Positions 8,068-17,536 of a stretch of DNA of 64,000 nucleotides are shown piece after piece. Source of the stretch: an uncultured Holophagaceae bacterium (GTDB taxonomy: Bacteria > Acidobacteriota > Holophagae > Holophagales > Holophagaceae). The stretch is taken from assembly GCA_903884655.1 (NCBI GenBank), contig CAISFO010000017.1, positions 21,149 to 85,148 on the forward strand. The letters are read 5' to 3'. Each line of letters starts with the position of its first letter. Position 1 is the first letter of the stretch. A program made the position numbers and the translations under genes. The notes under the pieces were generated by a model that had not been told where the DNA came from, made no database searches, and saw nothing but the letters and a program-made list of their open reading frames with translations.

Positions 8068-10422
8068 ATGCCGATCCCATCCTTCGCCCGCCTCCGCCGC
8101 CTCTTGATGGTTGCCATGGTCCTGCTCATGGCCCTTGGATGCAGCCTGCACAAGGCCAACAAGGCCTTCGATGAAGGCCGCTACGACGAAGCCGTGGCCG
8201 AATACCGGGCCGTGCTCAGGCGCGATCCCACCAACCCAAAGGCGAGGATCGGCATCAAGCGTGCCTCCCTGCGGGCCGCGGAATACCACATGTCCCTGGC
8301 CCGGAAGGCCGAGTTGCGCGGCTATTCGGATACGGTGCTCTCGGAGCTTCGCAAGGCTCTGGTGCTGGACCCCGACAATCAAATTGCGGGGGAATGGCTC
8401 ATTCGGCTGGAGCAGAAGGCTGCCAAGGACAAGGCGGAGGCCGATGCACTGGACGACCTGGATGCCCTGAAGATCAAGGCAGACAGCCTGAATGCCGTGC
8501 AGCTCAACCCGAGGTCCATCGAAGGCATCGACCTCAATTTCAGCCGGAAGACCAGCCTCCGGGAGATCTTCGCCACCCTCAGCCGGGCCTCCGGCGTGAA
8601 CATCATCGCCCACACCTCTTTCCAGGATCAGACCATCTCCATCGATCTCCGTGGCCTGCCGTTCCAGCGGGTGCTGGACACCCTGATGCTGCAGAACGAC
8701 CTGTTCTACAAGGTCATCGACAAGAACACCATCATGGTCTTCAAGGCCACACCCCAGAACCGGGAACAGTTCGAGAACCAGATCATCAAGACCTATTACT
8801 TGTCCCACGCGGATCCCAACGAACTGCGATCAACCCTCACCACGATCAATCCGCAGCTGCGCGTCTTCACGGACAAGCGCGTGAACGCGCTGATCGTGAA
8901 GGCGAAACCCCTGGAGCTATCCATCGTGGACCAGGTGATCCGCACCCTGGACAAGCCCAAGGCCGAAGTCATGATCTACCTCGAGCTCATGGAGGTCACC
9001 GAAACCAGCCTGGAGAATGTGGGCCTGCTGCCCGTGCTGAACGCTACGGATACATCGGGCACTTACCGCATGGGCGCAACCACCGTGAACAACACGTCAG
9101 GCTTGAACACCAATTCCGGGTTCACCAAAATCCACACCGCCGACATCCGGGTGCTGTTCCCGAACCTCGCCCTCGACTTCCTCAAGAGCAACGGCGACGC
9201 CCGACTGGTGGCCAGTCCCAATGTGCGGGTGCTCTCCGGCGAAGTCGGCGAAGTGAACATCGGCTCGAAGATCTCCACAACCCAGAGCCAGCTCTCGCTG
9301 CCCAACACCGGGAGCACCGGAACCTCGGCCAGTGCCTCATCACTCCTGGGGGGTGTGGGGCAGACCTCCTATTCCTACGAGGACATCGGCGTGAAGATCA
9401 AGGTCGAGCCTCGCGTCAACAACAATGGCGAGATCACCCTGAAGATCGAAAGCGATGTCACGACTCTGATCGCGGGATCAGCGTCAGGCCGACCCGACAT
9501 CGGCAAGCGCAGCATCAAGACCATCGCCCGGCTGCGTGATGGCGAGACTGCGGTCTTCGGTGGCCTGCTCAAGGACGAAGAGCAGAAAAGCCTCCAGGGC
9601 ATCTGGGGCCTGGCCGACATTCCCCTGGTCGGCGGACTGCTGGGCAATCACAACAACAGCAAGGCCAAGACCGATGTCCTCCTAACCATCCGGGCTGTCC
9701 TGGTCCGGAAGCCCGTGATGACCGAGCAAGACATGGCTCCCTTCAACCCTGAGGACGCCACCTCCAAGGCGGGCCCTTTTGCTCCGGTGGCCGCCAAGAA
9801 ACCCGCGATACCCGTTCCGCCTCAGGCCACGGCCACGGTGCCTCCGCCGGCAGCCCCACCCATGGTCCCAGCCACCCAGCCCACCTTTCCGGTTCCTCCC
9901 CCTGGTCCCGCGCCCTCCACCATGCCACAGCCCACTCAGGACCAACCTCCGGTCACCCCGCCTGCGGCACCCCTGGATGCCATTCAGGAGAAAAAGCCCG
10001 CTGCCCCGGCCGATCAGCCCCCAGCCCCCTCTGACCTGGTGTTCTTCATGTCGCCAGTGGCCTCGGAAATCAAGGTAGGCGAAAAGGTTCGCATCAGCCT
10101 CACTGTGAGTGGTGGAGGCGGCTTGAGCTCGGGCACCGTGGAGTTGCGCCTGCCTCCGGGCGTGAAGCTGCTGGGGCTCACTCCAGGTGAGTTCATCACC
10201 AGTGAAGGGGGCAGCCTGGAACAGTTTCCAGGCAAGGATGGGATTCTGAAGCTGGTATTCAGGCGCAGCCCCACCAGCACTGATGCGGGACCCTTTGCCT
10301 CCCTGGATCTGGAGGGGCTCAGCCCAGGGAATGCACCCGTCCTCATCCAGAGCGGGCAGTTCCTGGTGGGTACCACACCCATCTCGGGGCGCTGGTCCAA
10401 CGCCCTCGTGACGGTGCAGTGA
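8068..10422 (+). CDS. Secretin (PilQ/GspD family) with N-terminal TPR lipoprotein module and C-terminal Pro-rich plus beta-sandwich extension
   Basis: A lipoprotein-like signal is present (LLMALGCS), followed by TPR-like helices (YDEAVAEYRAVLRRDPTNPKA). N-domains follow, then a secretin core ending GGLLKDEEQKSLQGIWGLADIPLVGGLLGNHNNSKAKTDVLLTIRA. A roughly 90-aa Pro-rich linker and a roughly 130-aa C-terminal domain complete the protein. Confidence 0.9.
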   Translation: MPIPSFARLRRLLMVAMVLLMALGCSLHKANKAFDEGRYDEAVAEYRAVLRRDPTNPKARIGIKRASLRAAEYHMSLARKAELRGYSDTVLSELRKALVLDPDNQIAGEWLIRLEQKAAKDKAEADALDDLDALKIKADSLNAVQLNPRSIEGIDLNFSRKTSLREIFATLSRASGVNIIAHTSFQDQTISIDLRGLPFQRVLDTLMLQNDLFYKVIDKNTIMVFKATPQNREQFENQIIKTYYLSHADPNELRSTLTTINPQLRVFTDKRVNALIVKAKPLELSIVDQVIRTLDKPKAEVMIYLELMEVTETSLENVGLLPVLNATDTSGTYRMGATTVNNTSGLNTNSGFTKIHTADIRVLFPNLALDFLKSNGDARLVASPNVRVLSGEVGEVNIGSKISTTQSQLSLPNTGSTGTSASASSLLGGVGQTSYSYEDIGVKIKVEPRVNNNGEITLKIESDVTTLIAGSASGRPDIGKRSIKTIARLRDGETAVFGGLLKDEEQKSLQGIWGLADIPLVGGLLGNHNNSKAKTDVLLTIRAVLVRKPVMTEQDMAPFNPEDATSKAGPFAPVAAKKPAIPVPPQATATVPPPAAPPMVPATQPTFPVPPPGPAPSTMPQPTQDQPPVTPPAAPLDAIQEKKPAAPADQPPAPSDLVFFMSPVASEIKVGEKVRISLTVSGGGGLSSGTVELRLPPGVKLLGLTPGEFITSEGGSLEQFPGKDGILKLVFRRSPTSTDAGPFASLDLEGLSPGNAPVLIQSGQFLVGTTPISGRWSNALVTVQ

Positions 10423-10877
10423 GCCGCCAGCCTGGATTCACCCTGCTGGAGCTGGTGGTGACCGCCACGGTCCTGCTCATCCTGGCCTCGGTTACCGTGC
10501 CCCTGGTCAAGAACGGGCTCAAGCGACAGCAGGAGCTGGAGCTGCGCCGGGACCTCCGGGAGCTGCGTTCGGCCATCGACGATTACAAAAAACAGGCTGA
10601 GCAGCAGAAGATCAAGGCGCCACCCCCCGAAGCGAACTTCTATCCGGCCAGCCTGGATCTCCTGGTGGAAGGCGTCCCCGCTGCAGGATCCGTCAGCCGC
10701 AAAGTGCGGTTCCTCCGCCGCATCCCGGTGGATCCCTTCACTGGCAAGGCTGAGTGGGGCATGCGGAATACCAGCGATGATGCCAACAGCACCAGCTGGG
10801 GCGGGGGGCACGTCTACGATGTCTATAGCCTCTCTCATGGCACCGGCATGAACGGGGTCCCCTACGGCCAGTGGTGA
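10419..10877 (+). CDS. Prepilin-type N-terminal cleavage/methylation domain protein (GspG-like pseudopilin)
   Basis: The N-terminus QPGFTLLELVVTATVLLILASVTVP is the classic G-FTLxE prepilin motif. The GTG start overlaps the secretin stop (GTGA). Confidence 0.85.
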   Translation: MSRQPGFTLLELVVTATVLLILASVTVPLVKNGLKRQQELELRRDLRELRSAIDDYKKQAEQQKIKAPPPEANFYPASLDLLVEGVPAAGSVSRKVRFLRRIPVDPFTGKAEWGMRNTSDDANSTSWGGGHVYDVYSLSHGTGMNGVPYGQW

Positions 10878-10963
10878 GAAACGGTGTTGCCTCAAGCGGC
10901 CTGCTGCGATAGGCTTGGAGTTCGGCACATCCGAACCCTGCGGGGCTCGGTTTGCTCTTTCAA

Positions 10964-11049
10964 GCGGATATGGCGGAATTGGTAGACGCGCTAGTTTCAG
11001 GTACTAGTGTTCACAAGACGTGGGGGTTCGAGTCCCTCTATCCGCACCA
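10964..11049 (+). tRNA. tRNA-Leu (anticodon CAG)
   Basis: The acceptor stem GCGGATA/TATCCGC is followed by A-CCA. The anticodon stem CTAGT/ACTAG flanks the loop TTCAGGT. A long variable arm is present. The sequence is near-identical in the D and anticodon regions to E. coli tRNA-Leu(CAG). Confidence 0.95.
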
Positions 11050-11194
11050 TTTTTTTGCCGGCTTTGCCTCCAAATAATGGTGAGTAGGAAAACAACCCTT
11101 TTTGACAAAGGCACCTGGCCTTCACCAGGTTCGACCCCTTCTTGGTACGGGACTGAGAATTGGGTGACGGGCGATCCCCCGAAAAGGAGCCGAC

Positions 11195-11464
11195 ATGGCC
11201 CTGAACATGGAACAGAAGAAGATCATCATCGACGACTACAAGCAGCACGAGTCGGATACGGGTTCGCCTGAGGTCCAGGTCGCAATCCTCACCAAGCGCA
11301 TCAATGACCTGACCGAGCACTTCAAGACCCACACCAAGGACTACCACAGCCGCCGCGGCCTCATGATCATGGTCGGCCAGCGCCGCCGCCTCCTTGATTA
11401 CCTCAAGAAGAAGAGCAAGGACCGCTACGCCGTTTTGATTGAAAGACTCGGCCTCCGCCGCTAA
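11195..11464 (+). CDS. rpsO: 30S ribosomal protein S15
   Basis: The 89-aa product contains [49 protein letters not shown], the canonical S15 sequence. Confidence 0.97.
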   Translation: MALNMEQKKIIIDDYKQHESDTGSPEVQVAILTKRINDLTEHFKTHTKDYHSRRGLMIMVGQRRRLLDYLKKKSKDRYAVLIERLGLRR

Positions 11465-11487
11465 GACATCCCACTCCCGACGCAAAT

Positions 11488-11509
11488 CGCCCGCAACCGC
11501 GGGCGTTTT
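11488..11509 (+). terminator. Rho-independent terminator after rpsO
   Basis: Stem CGCCCGC, loop AACC, stem GCGGGCG, followed by TTTT. Confidence 0.6.
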
Positions 11510-11520
11510 GCTATGTTCGA

Positions 11521-12192
11521 ATGATGGACCTGAAGCCTCTGCCCTGCCCGGATAGCCCCGATCCCTACACAGTCCTCGACCGCCGGATGGTCTACGACTC
11601 TCCCTGGATCCGGGTCCGGGAGGACCGCTACCAGCACCGAAGGGGCGCCCAGGGCCGCTACGCCGTCTGCGGCTTTCAGCGCATGGCCTGTGGCGTACTG
11701 GCCCTGGACGAACAGGACCGCGTGGTGCTGGTGGGCCAGTGGCGCTATCCCCTGGAGGCCTACTCCTGGGAGCTCCCCGAAGGGGGAGGCGACGAAACGG
11801 AAAGCCCCTTCGAGGCCATCCGCCGGGAGTTGGCCGAGGAAGCCGGCCTAAGCGCGAAGGTCTGGGAGCCGCTGTGCTACTTCCATCCCAGCAACTCCTC
11901 CACCGATGAAGAAGCATTCCTGTTCCTCGCCTCGGATCTGGAGCCTACCGATGCCCATGAAGCCGAGGACAATGAAGAGCTGATGCTCCATCGCGAGCCC
12001 TATGCCGATTGCCTGAAGCGCGTCCTGATGGGAGACATCTCAGACAGTCTCACCGTCATGGCCCTGCTCACTCTGCAGGCCAGGCGAAGCGGTGTGGCGG
12101 CGGAACTGGCGCCCGCACTGGCGGAGCGGTTCTTCCAGCGGCCGGGGGAGCACCCTTCCGCCGGACGCGCCCGCTGGAAGACACTGCCATGA
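11521..12192 (+). CDS. NUDIX hydrolase (ADP-ribose pyrophosphatase-like)
   Basis: The Nudix box is present: ELPEGGGDETESPFEAIRRELAEEAGL (GX5EX7REUXEEXGU). Confidence 0.85.
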   Translation: MMDLKPLPCPDSPDPYTVLDRRMVYDSPWIRVREDRYQHRRGAQGRYAVCGFQRMACGVLALDEQDRVVLVGQWRYPLEAYSWELPEGGGDETESPFEAIRRELAEEAGLSAKVWEPLCYFHPSNSSTDEEAFLFLASDLEPTDAHEAEDNEELMLHREPYADCLKRVLMGDISDSLTVMALLTLQARRSGVAAELAPALAERFFQRPGEHPSAGRARWKTLP

Positions 12193-12791
12193 TCCTCACC
12201 CTGCATCCCGAGACTCCCCAATTGCGCCACCTTGAGCGCATCGCGGAGCTGCTGCGCCGGGACGGGGTCATCGCCTATCCCACGGACACCCTCTTCGGTC
12301 TGGGTTGCCTTGCCTCGAGAAAGAAGGCCGTGGACCGCATCCAGCAGATCAAGGGCCGGGATCCGAAGAAGCCCATGTCCATCCTGTGCGCCGACATGGA
12401 GATGTTCTGCCGGTACACCCGGCACCTGGAGACCCCAACCTTCCGCCTCCTGAAGCAGATGCTTCCAGGCCCCTACACGGTCCTGCTGCCAGCGAGCCGG
12501 GAAGTGCCCCGCTACCTTCAGAACAAACAGGTGGTTGGGCTGCGCATCCCCGACCACCGGTTTTGCCACGCTCTGGTCGCCTTGCTGGGAGAGCCCATCA
12601 TCACCACCAGCGCGGTCGTGCCCGACCAGCCGATCCTGAATACTGCTTGGGAACTGGAGGAGGAGCTGGGCCATGCCCTCGATCTGGTGGTGGACTGCGG
12701 CCAGCCACTGGGGGAGCACAGCACCATCGTGGATCTCAGCGGCGATGAGCCCTTGTTGGTGAGGGAAGGTGCCGGGCCCTGGCCGCTCTGA
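12189..12791 (+). CDS. tsaC: L-threonylcarbamoyladenylate synthase (YrdC/TsaC family)
   Basis: The ATG at 12189 overlaps the NUDIX stop (ATGA). It carries the YrdC motifs VIAYPTDTLFGLGC, KGRDPKKPMSIL, LPGPYTVLL and VGLRIPDH. Confidence 0.85.
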   Translation: MILTLHPETPQLRHLERIAELLRRDGVIAYPTDTLFGLGCLASRKKAVDRIQQIKGRDPKKPMSILCADMEMFCRYTRHLETPTFRLLKQMLPGPYTVLLPASREVPRYLQNKQVVGLRIPDHRFCHALVALLGEPIITTSAVVPDQPILNTAWELEEELGHALDLVVDCGQPLGEHSTIVDLSGDEPLLVREGAGPWPL

Positions 12792-12812
12792 GCATGGATG
12801 ACTGTCGGAGGG

Positions 12813-14213
12813 TCAGCACTCCGGCAGGTTCACAGTGAAGTCCAGAGGCGCTTCAAGCACATTGACCGCCAGGCCGCCACGGGCGGTTTCTTTGTACTTG
12901 GTCTTCATGTCGGCCCCCGTGTCCCGCATCGTCCGGATGACCTTGTCGAGGCTCACGAAGTGCTGGCCGTCACCATAGAGCGACATGCGCGCCGCGTTGA
13001 TGGCCTTCACCGAGGCCATGGCATTGCGCTCGATGCAGGGCACCTGCACCAGGCCGCCGATGGGATCGCAGGTGAGGCCCAGGTTGTGCTCCATGCCGAT
13101 CTCGGCGGCGTTCTCCACCTGGTCTGGCGTGCCCCCAAGCACCTCCGACAAGGCGCCTGCGGCCATGGAACAGGCCACGCCTACCTCCCCCTGGCAGCCC
13201 ACCTCGGCCCCGCTGATGGAGGCGTTCTCCTTGTAGAGGGCGCCGATGGCCCCGGCCGTGAGCAGGAAGCGCACCACGCCATCATCCGTGGCGCCGGGCA
13301 CGAAGCGGCGGTAGTAGTGCAGCACTGCAGGAATGATCCCGGCGGCGCCATTGGTGGGGGCCGTCACCACCCGGCCGCCGGCCGCGTTCTCCTCGTTCAC
13401 CGCCAGAGCGTAGAGGCTCACGAAGTCGAGGGGCGTGAGGGGATCCTTCAGGCCGGCCTCGGGGGATTCCGTAAGGCGTCGGAAGAGGCCCGGCGCCCGG
13501 CGCGGCACCTTGAGGCCACCCGGCAGCAGGCCTTCAGTGGTGCAGCCCCGCCGCACGCAGGCCTGCATGACGGACCAGATGTCCAGGAGTCCTTCGCGGA
13601 TGACCGGCTCTGGGCGCCAGGTCTGCTCGTTCTCCAGCATGAGCTGGCTCACGCTCAGGCCCCCTTCCCGGCATCGCACGAGCAGGTCCAGACCCGTGTG
13701 GAAGGGGTGGGGCGGCTCGGGGCCCGGCTGGGCCGGGGGGCGGGCGCCATCCTCCACCACGAAGCCGCCGCCGATGGAGTAGTAGACCTGGGTCCGCAGC
13801 ACAGTCCCATTGGCATCCAGGGCGGTGAAGCGCAGCCCATTGGGATGGAAGGGCAGGCTCTTTCTCAGGAGGAGCAGGTGCTCCGCCTCCCGGAAGGGAA
13901 CCTCCTGACGGCCCAGAAGAGACAGCCGACCCACCTCCCGAACCCGCGCCACCAGCCCTTCCACTGCATCCACATCGACGCCCTCCGGGGTCTGACCCAG
14001 GAGCCCCAGGAGCACCGCCCGGTCGCTGCCATGGCCGAGGCCCGTGGCCCCGAGACTGCCGAAAAGCTCCACACGCACATTCACCACGGAACCCAGAAGG
14101 CCCGACGCCTCCAGGGCCACGGCGAAGCTGCGGGCCGCCCGCATGGGCCCCACCGTGTGCGAGGAACTGGGCCCGATGCCCACGCGGAAGAGGTCGAAGA
14201 CGGAGAGCGTCAT
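12813..14213 (-). CDS. sdaA: L-serine ammonia-lyase (iron-sulfur type, single chain)
   Basis: The N-terminus [21 protein letters not shown] and the C-terminal [21 protein letters not shown] are typical of SdaA. Confidence 0.95.
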   Translation of the reverse strand: MTLSVFDLFRVGIGPSSSHTVGPMRAARSFAVALEASGLLGSVVNVRVELFGSLGATGLGHGSDRAVLLGLLGQTPEGVDVDAVEGLVARVREVGRLSLLGRQEVPFREAEHLLLLRKSLPFHPNGLRFTALDANGTVLRTQVYYSIGGGFVVEDGARPPAQPGPEPPHPFHTGLDLLVRCREGGLSVSQLMLENEQTWRPEPVIREGLLDIWSVMQACVRRGCTTEGLLPGGLKVPRRAPGLFRRLTESPEAGLKDPLTPLDFVSLYALAVNEENAAGGRVVTAPTNGAAGIIPAVLHYYRRFVPGATDDGVVRFLLTAGAIGALYKENASISGAEVGCQGEVGVACSMAAGALSEVLGGTPDQVENAAEIGMEHNLGLTCDPIGGLVQVPCIERNAMASVKAINAARMSLYGDGQHFVSLDKVIRTMRDTGADMKTKYKETARGGLAVNVLEAPLDFTVNLPEC

Positions 14214-14278
14214 GGCCCATTGTCACCCCAATTGGCCTTTGGCTGGATTCAACTAGGATGTCTGGAGGCCGTCCGTGG

Positions 14279-15919
14279 CTAGGATCCTGGCCGCGTCAAT
14301 TCCGCCAGCACCTCCCTGGCGCAGTCGGGGCAGATACCGTGGCTGAAGGTGGCCTCGGAGCGGTTCTGGATGTAGCACTCCATCTGATTCCAGAAGCCCT
14401 GGTCATCACGGATCTTCTTGCAGTGGGCGCAGATGGGGATGAGGCCCTGGAGAGTCTTCACCTCGGTGAGCGCGGTCTGCAGATCGGCGATGAGCGTGAG
14501 GTTGCGGCCGTGGAGGTCCTTTAGCTCGTGGTGGGCCTTCTGCAGACGGCGCCGGCTCAGCACCAGCACGCCGGCAATGGAGAAGCCCAGCACGCCCAGG
14601 GCGGCCCAGAGCCCCAGCAGCCGGGCCTGGAAGCGCCGCTCCCGCTGCAGTCCCTCGATCTGCATCTGCTTCTTGTCCGCCTCGAAGGCTGCGCTGGCTT
14701 CCGCAACGCGCCTCCTGTCCTCTGCCTGCACCAATGCGTCGCTGAGGGCCTTGAACTCCCCGTGGGCCAGGTAGGCCCGGTGGAAGTCCCCGGCGAAGGC
14801 GAGTTCTTCCGCCAGGTTTCCCGCCACCTCGGCCGACTCGTTGGTGGCGTGGGCCTCCTTCAAGTGCTGGAATCCCTCCTCGAGCAGTCGGAGCCCTTCG
14901 CTGTTGCGGCCCAGGCGGTTGAGGGCAATCCCCTTGTTCACTTGGGACACAGCCACGAAGGAGGGATAGCGGGCGATATCGGGGTGCCGAAGGGTGGCCT
15001 CGGCGTCCCGAAGCGCCGCCGTGTAATTCCTCTCCCGCAGGTGGGCATCGGCCAGGTTCATGGAGGCCAAGAGCTGGATGTAGACATCCTCCGCCTGGGC
15101 CGCAAGAGATGCCGCCCGCGTCAACTCCGCCAATTGTTCCCCGGTCCGGCCCTGATGCCCCCAGGTGTTGGCCAGGGAGAGGCGGCAGGTGGCTTCCAGG
15201 CCTGCGTCCGACAGCCGCTGGGACAGGGCGATGGCCTGCCGATGGGAGTCCAGTGCCTCACCGAAGCGGGCGAGGAAGGTGTAGAGGTTGCCCATGTTGT
15301 CCAGCACCTGGGCCTGACCGTGCAGATCCCCGATGTCCCTCGCGACGGCCTGGGCCTTCTGGTTGGCCTGGACGGCCTCCTGGAACTTCCCGTTGGTCTG
15401 GAGGCCATAGGCCAGCAACCGGTAGCCCCGTCCCAGAACACGGGCCAGCTCGAAGTCTCCGGGGTGGGACCGGCGGAAGGATTCCATGGCTGGGAGGACC
15501 GACCCCAGGATGCCCCTTGCCTCGACGTACTTCTCCGTGTTGTTGAAGAGGGCCGCCGCCTCAAGTTCCAGCAGCAGGCGGATGCGCTCGTCGCCGGTCC
15601 TTGCGACCAGCTTCCGGCCCCGCTCCAGGTAGACGCCAGCCTTGGGGAATTCGCCCAGCGTATTGAGGTCCCGGCTCAGGCCGTGCAGAAACCAGGCCTC
15701 GGCTTCCGGATCGGGAGCCCCTGCCAGCAGGCCCAGGGCCTCCTCGGCCCAGGCGATGGCGGCGGCGGGGTGGGCACGGTTGTCGGCCGCGACCCGGCTC
15801 CGCAGTTCCGCAATACGGCGAGGCGCATCACCGGACGGAGAAGCCACCTGTCCCCCGAAACCGGGACCAGCCCAGAGTCCAAGGAGGACACATAGCAGGG
15901 CAGACATGAGCAAACGCAT
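14279..15919 (-). CDS. Membrane-anchored TPR sensor-like protein with C-terminal Cys/His-rich module
   Basis: It has a signal peptide (LLMSALLCVLLGLWAGPGFG), about 380 aa of TPR-like repeats, a TM helix (LLGLWAALGVLGFSIAGVLVL), a coiled coil, then PICAHCKKIRDDQGFWNQMECYIQNRSEATFSHGICPDC. Confidence 0.75.
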   Translation of the reverse strand: MRLLMSALLCVLLGLWAGPGFGGQVASPSGDAPRRIAELRSRVAADNRAHPAAAIAWAEEALGLLAGAPDPEAEAWFLHGLSRDLNTLGEFPKAGVYLERGRKLVARTGDERIRLLLELEAAALFNNTEKYVEARGILGSVLPAMESFRRSHPGDFELARVLGRGYRLLAYGLQTNGKFQEAVQANQKAQAVARDIGDLHGQAQVLDNMGNLYTFLARFGEALDSHRQAIALSQRLSDAGLEATCRLSLANTWGHQGRTGEQLAELTRAASLAAQAEDVYIQLLASMNLADAHLRERNYTAALRDAEATLRHPDIARYPSFVAVSQVNKGIALNRLGRNSEGLRLLEEGFQHLKEAHATNESAEVAGNLAEELAFAGDFHRAYLAHGEFKALSDALVQAEDRRRVAEASAAFEADKKQMQIEGLQRERRFQARLLGLWAALGVLGFSIAGVLVLSRRRLQKAHHELKDLHGRNLTLIADLQTALTEVKTLQGLIPICAHCKKIRDDQGFWNQMECYIQNRSEATFSHGICPDCAREVLAELTRPGS

Positions 15920-15961
15920 GGAACGAGGCTCCGTGCTCGTCGTATCGGTGGGGGTTGTCGT

Positions 15962-17536
15962 TCAATCTACTCGATAGTGGCAACCCCGGCTTTCAGGATT
16001 CTGCAAGGCGGCATTGAGGATGAGCCTGGCACAAAGAATCCCGCTGCGGAGTTCCAGCAGCTCCCGGCTCAGCGAGGCCTCGTGGTAGAAGCGTTCGATG
16101 CGGTGGGCGAGGTAGTGGAGATCCGCCTTGGCGCGCACCAGCCGGGCCCCCGTGCGCACAATTCCAGCGTAGTTCCAGAGGGTGCTTCGAATGAGTCCCC
16201 AGTCCTGGTCGATGAGCAAGGGATCCGTTGGCTCTGGTTCTTCGGGCTTCCGCCATTGCGCCAGAAGCCCGGGCTCGGGGAGAGCGGTCGCGCGCAACTC
16301 CCGGACGGCGGCTTCGGCTCCCCGGAAGCCCCAGACAAGACCCTCCAGCAGGCTGGTGGAGGCCAGCCGGTTGGCGCCGTGCACACCCGTGCAGGCCACT
16401 TCGCCTGCGGCAAAGAGACCCGGAAGGCTGGTGCGGCCGTCGAGGTCCACCAGGACGCCGCCGCAGAAGTAGTGAGCGGCGGGAACCACCGGAATGGCCT
16501 GACGATGAGGATCCAGCCCCTCGGCCCGGCAGGCGGCCAAGACCGTGGGGAAGTGCTGGTCCAGGTCCAGCCTGGCGGCCAAGGGGGACAGGTCCAGGTA
16601 GACGCAGGCCTCGCCGCTGGCGGCCATTTCCTGGAAGATGGCGCGGCTCACCACGTCGCGGGGAGCGAGTTCCATCTGATCGGGCGCGAACCTGGTCATG
16701 AAGCGCTCGCCCTTCCGGTTGACCAACTGCGCGCCTTCCCCTCGCAGCGCCTCAGTGAGCAGGGTTCTCGGCTTGCCTGGTACGTAGAGCGCCGTGGGAT
16801 GGAACTGCACATACTCACAGTTCACGATGCGGGCGCTGGCCCGGTAGGCCGCGGCCAGACCATCCCCCGTGGCGCTGGGCGGGTTGGTGGTGTGCAGGTA
16901 GAGGTAGCCCAGACCGCCGGTGGCGAGCATGGTCCGCTTGGCCAGGGCTCCCTCGACTTCACCCGTGTCGGGATCGAACAGGAAGGCGCCATGCACCTGG
17001 ATGGGATCGTAGACCCGCACGGGGTCGACGCAGTGGTGGGGGCTGGTGATGAGGTCCACCAGACAGAGGCGCTCCCGCACTCGGATGTTGGGATGCTTGC
17101 GCACCGCCTCGCTGAGGGCGGTCTGGATGGCCAGTCCGGTCGCATCCTTGGCGTGGTAGATGCGGCGGGCGCTGTGGGCGGCTTCCGCGGTGGGCGCAGG
17201 CGTGCCGTTCGTGCCCAGATCGAAGGGAACCGCCAGGCGTTCCCATAGGAAGGTGCGACAGAGCCTGGGACCTTCCTCCGCCAGCAGGCGCACCGCCTCG
17301 GTCCGGCAGAGACCCGCCCCGGCGCCCTCGATGTCCGAGGCCAGCAGGTTCGAGGAATCGCCCTCTTCGGGAGGGGCCAGGCCGATGATGCCGCCCTGGG
17401 CCCAGGAGGTATTGGTGGCGCCAAGGTCATCCTTCGCCACCAGCATGACGCTGGCCCCCAGGTCCGCCGCCCGCAGGGCTGCCGAGCAGCCGGCGATCCC
17501 GCTTCCCAGCACCAGCAGATCGACCGATCGGTTCAT
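15962..17536 (-). CDS. nadB: L-aspartate oxidase
   Basis: The FAD-binding N-terminus is DLLVLGSGIAGCSAALRAA. It also has WAQGGI, a flavoprotein core and the C-terminal ESRGCHYR motif. Confidence 0.95.
   Translation of the reverse strand: MNRSVDLLVLGSGIAGCSAALRAADLGASVMLVAKDDLGATNTSWAQGGIIGLAPPEEGDSSNLLASDIEGAGAGLCRTEAVRLLAEEGPRLCRTFLWERLAVPFDLGTNGTPAPTAEAAHSARRIYHAKDATGLAIQTALSEAVRKHPNIRVRERLCLVDLITSPHHCVDPVRVYDPIQVHGAFLFDPDTGEVEGALAKRTMLATGGLGYLYLHTTNPPSATGDGLAAAYRASARIVNCEYVQFHPTALYVPGKPRTLLTEALRGEGAQLVNRKGERFMTRFAPDQMELAPRDVVSRAIFQEMAASGEACVYLDLSPLAARLDLDQHFPTVLAACRAEGLDPHRQAIPVVPAAHYFCGGVLVDLDGRTSLPGLFAAGEVACTGVHGANRLASTSLLEGLVWGFRGAEAAVRELRATALPEPGLLAQWRKPEEPEPTDPLLIDQDWGLIRSTLWNYAGIVRTGARLVRAKADLHYLAHRIERFYHEASLSRELLELRSGILCARLILNAALQNPESRGCHYRVD

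Noticed and set aside
6627-8808. Minus-strand ORFs 6627..7745 (372 aa), 7241..8080 (279 aa) and 7516..8808 (430 aa).
   Set aside because: They are antisense to the coupled pilN/O/P-like genes and the secretin. Their translations are Arg/Gly/Pro-rich and have no motifs.
12798-17248. Plus-strand ORFs 12798..14282 (494 aa), 14528..15895 (455 aa) and 15977..17248 (423 aa).
   Set aside because: They are shadows of sdaA, the TPR sensor gene and nadB respectively. The minus-strand products carry clear family signatures.
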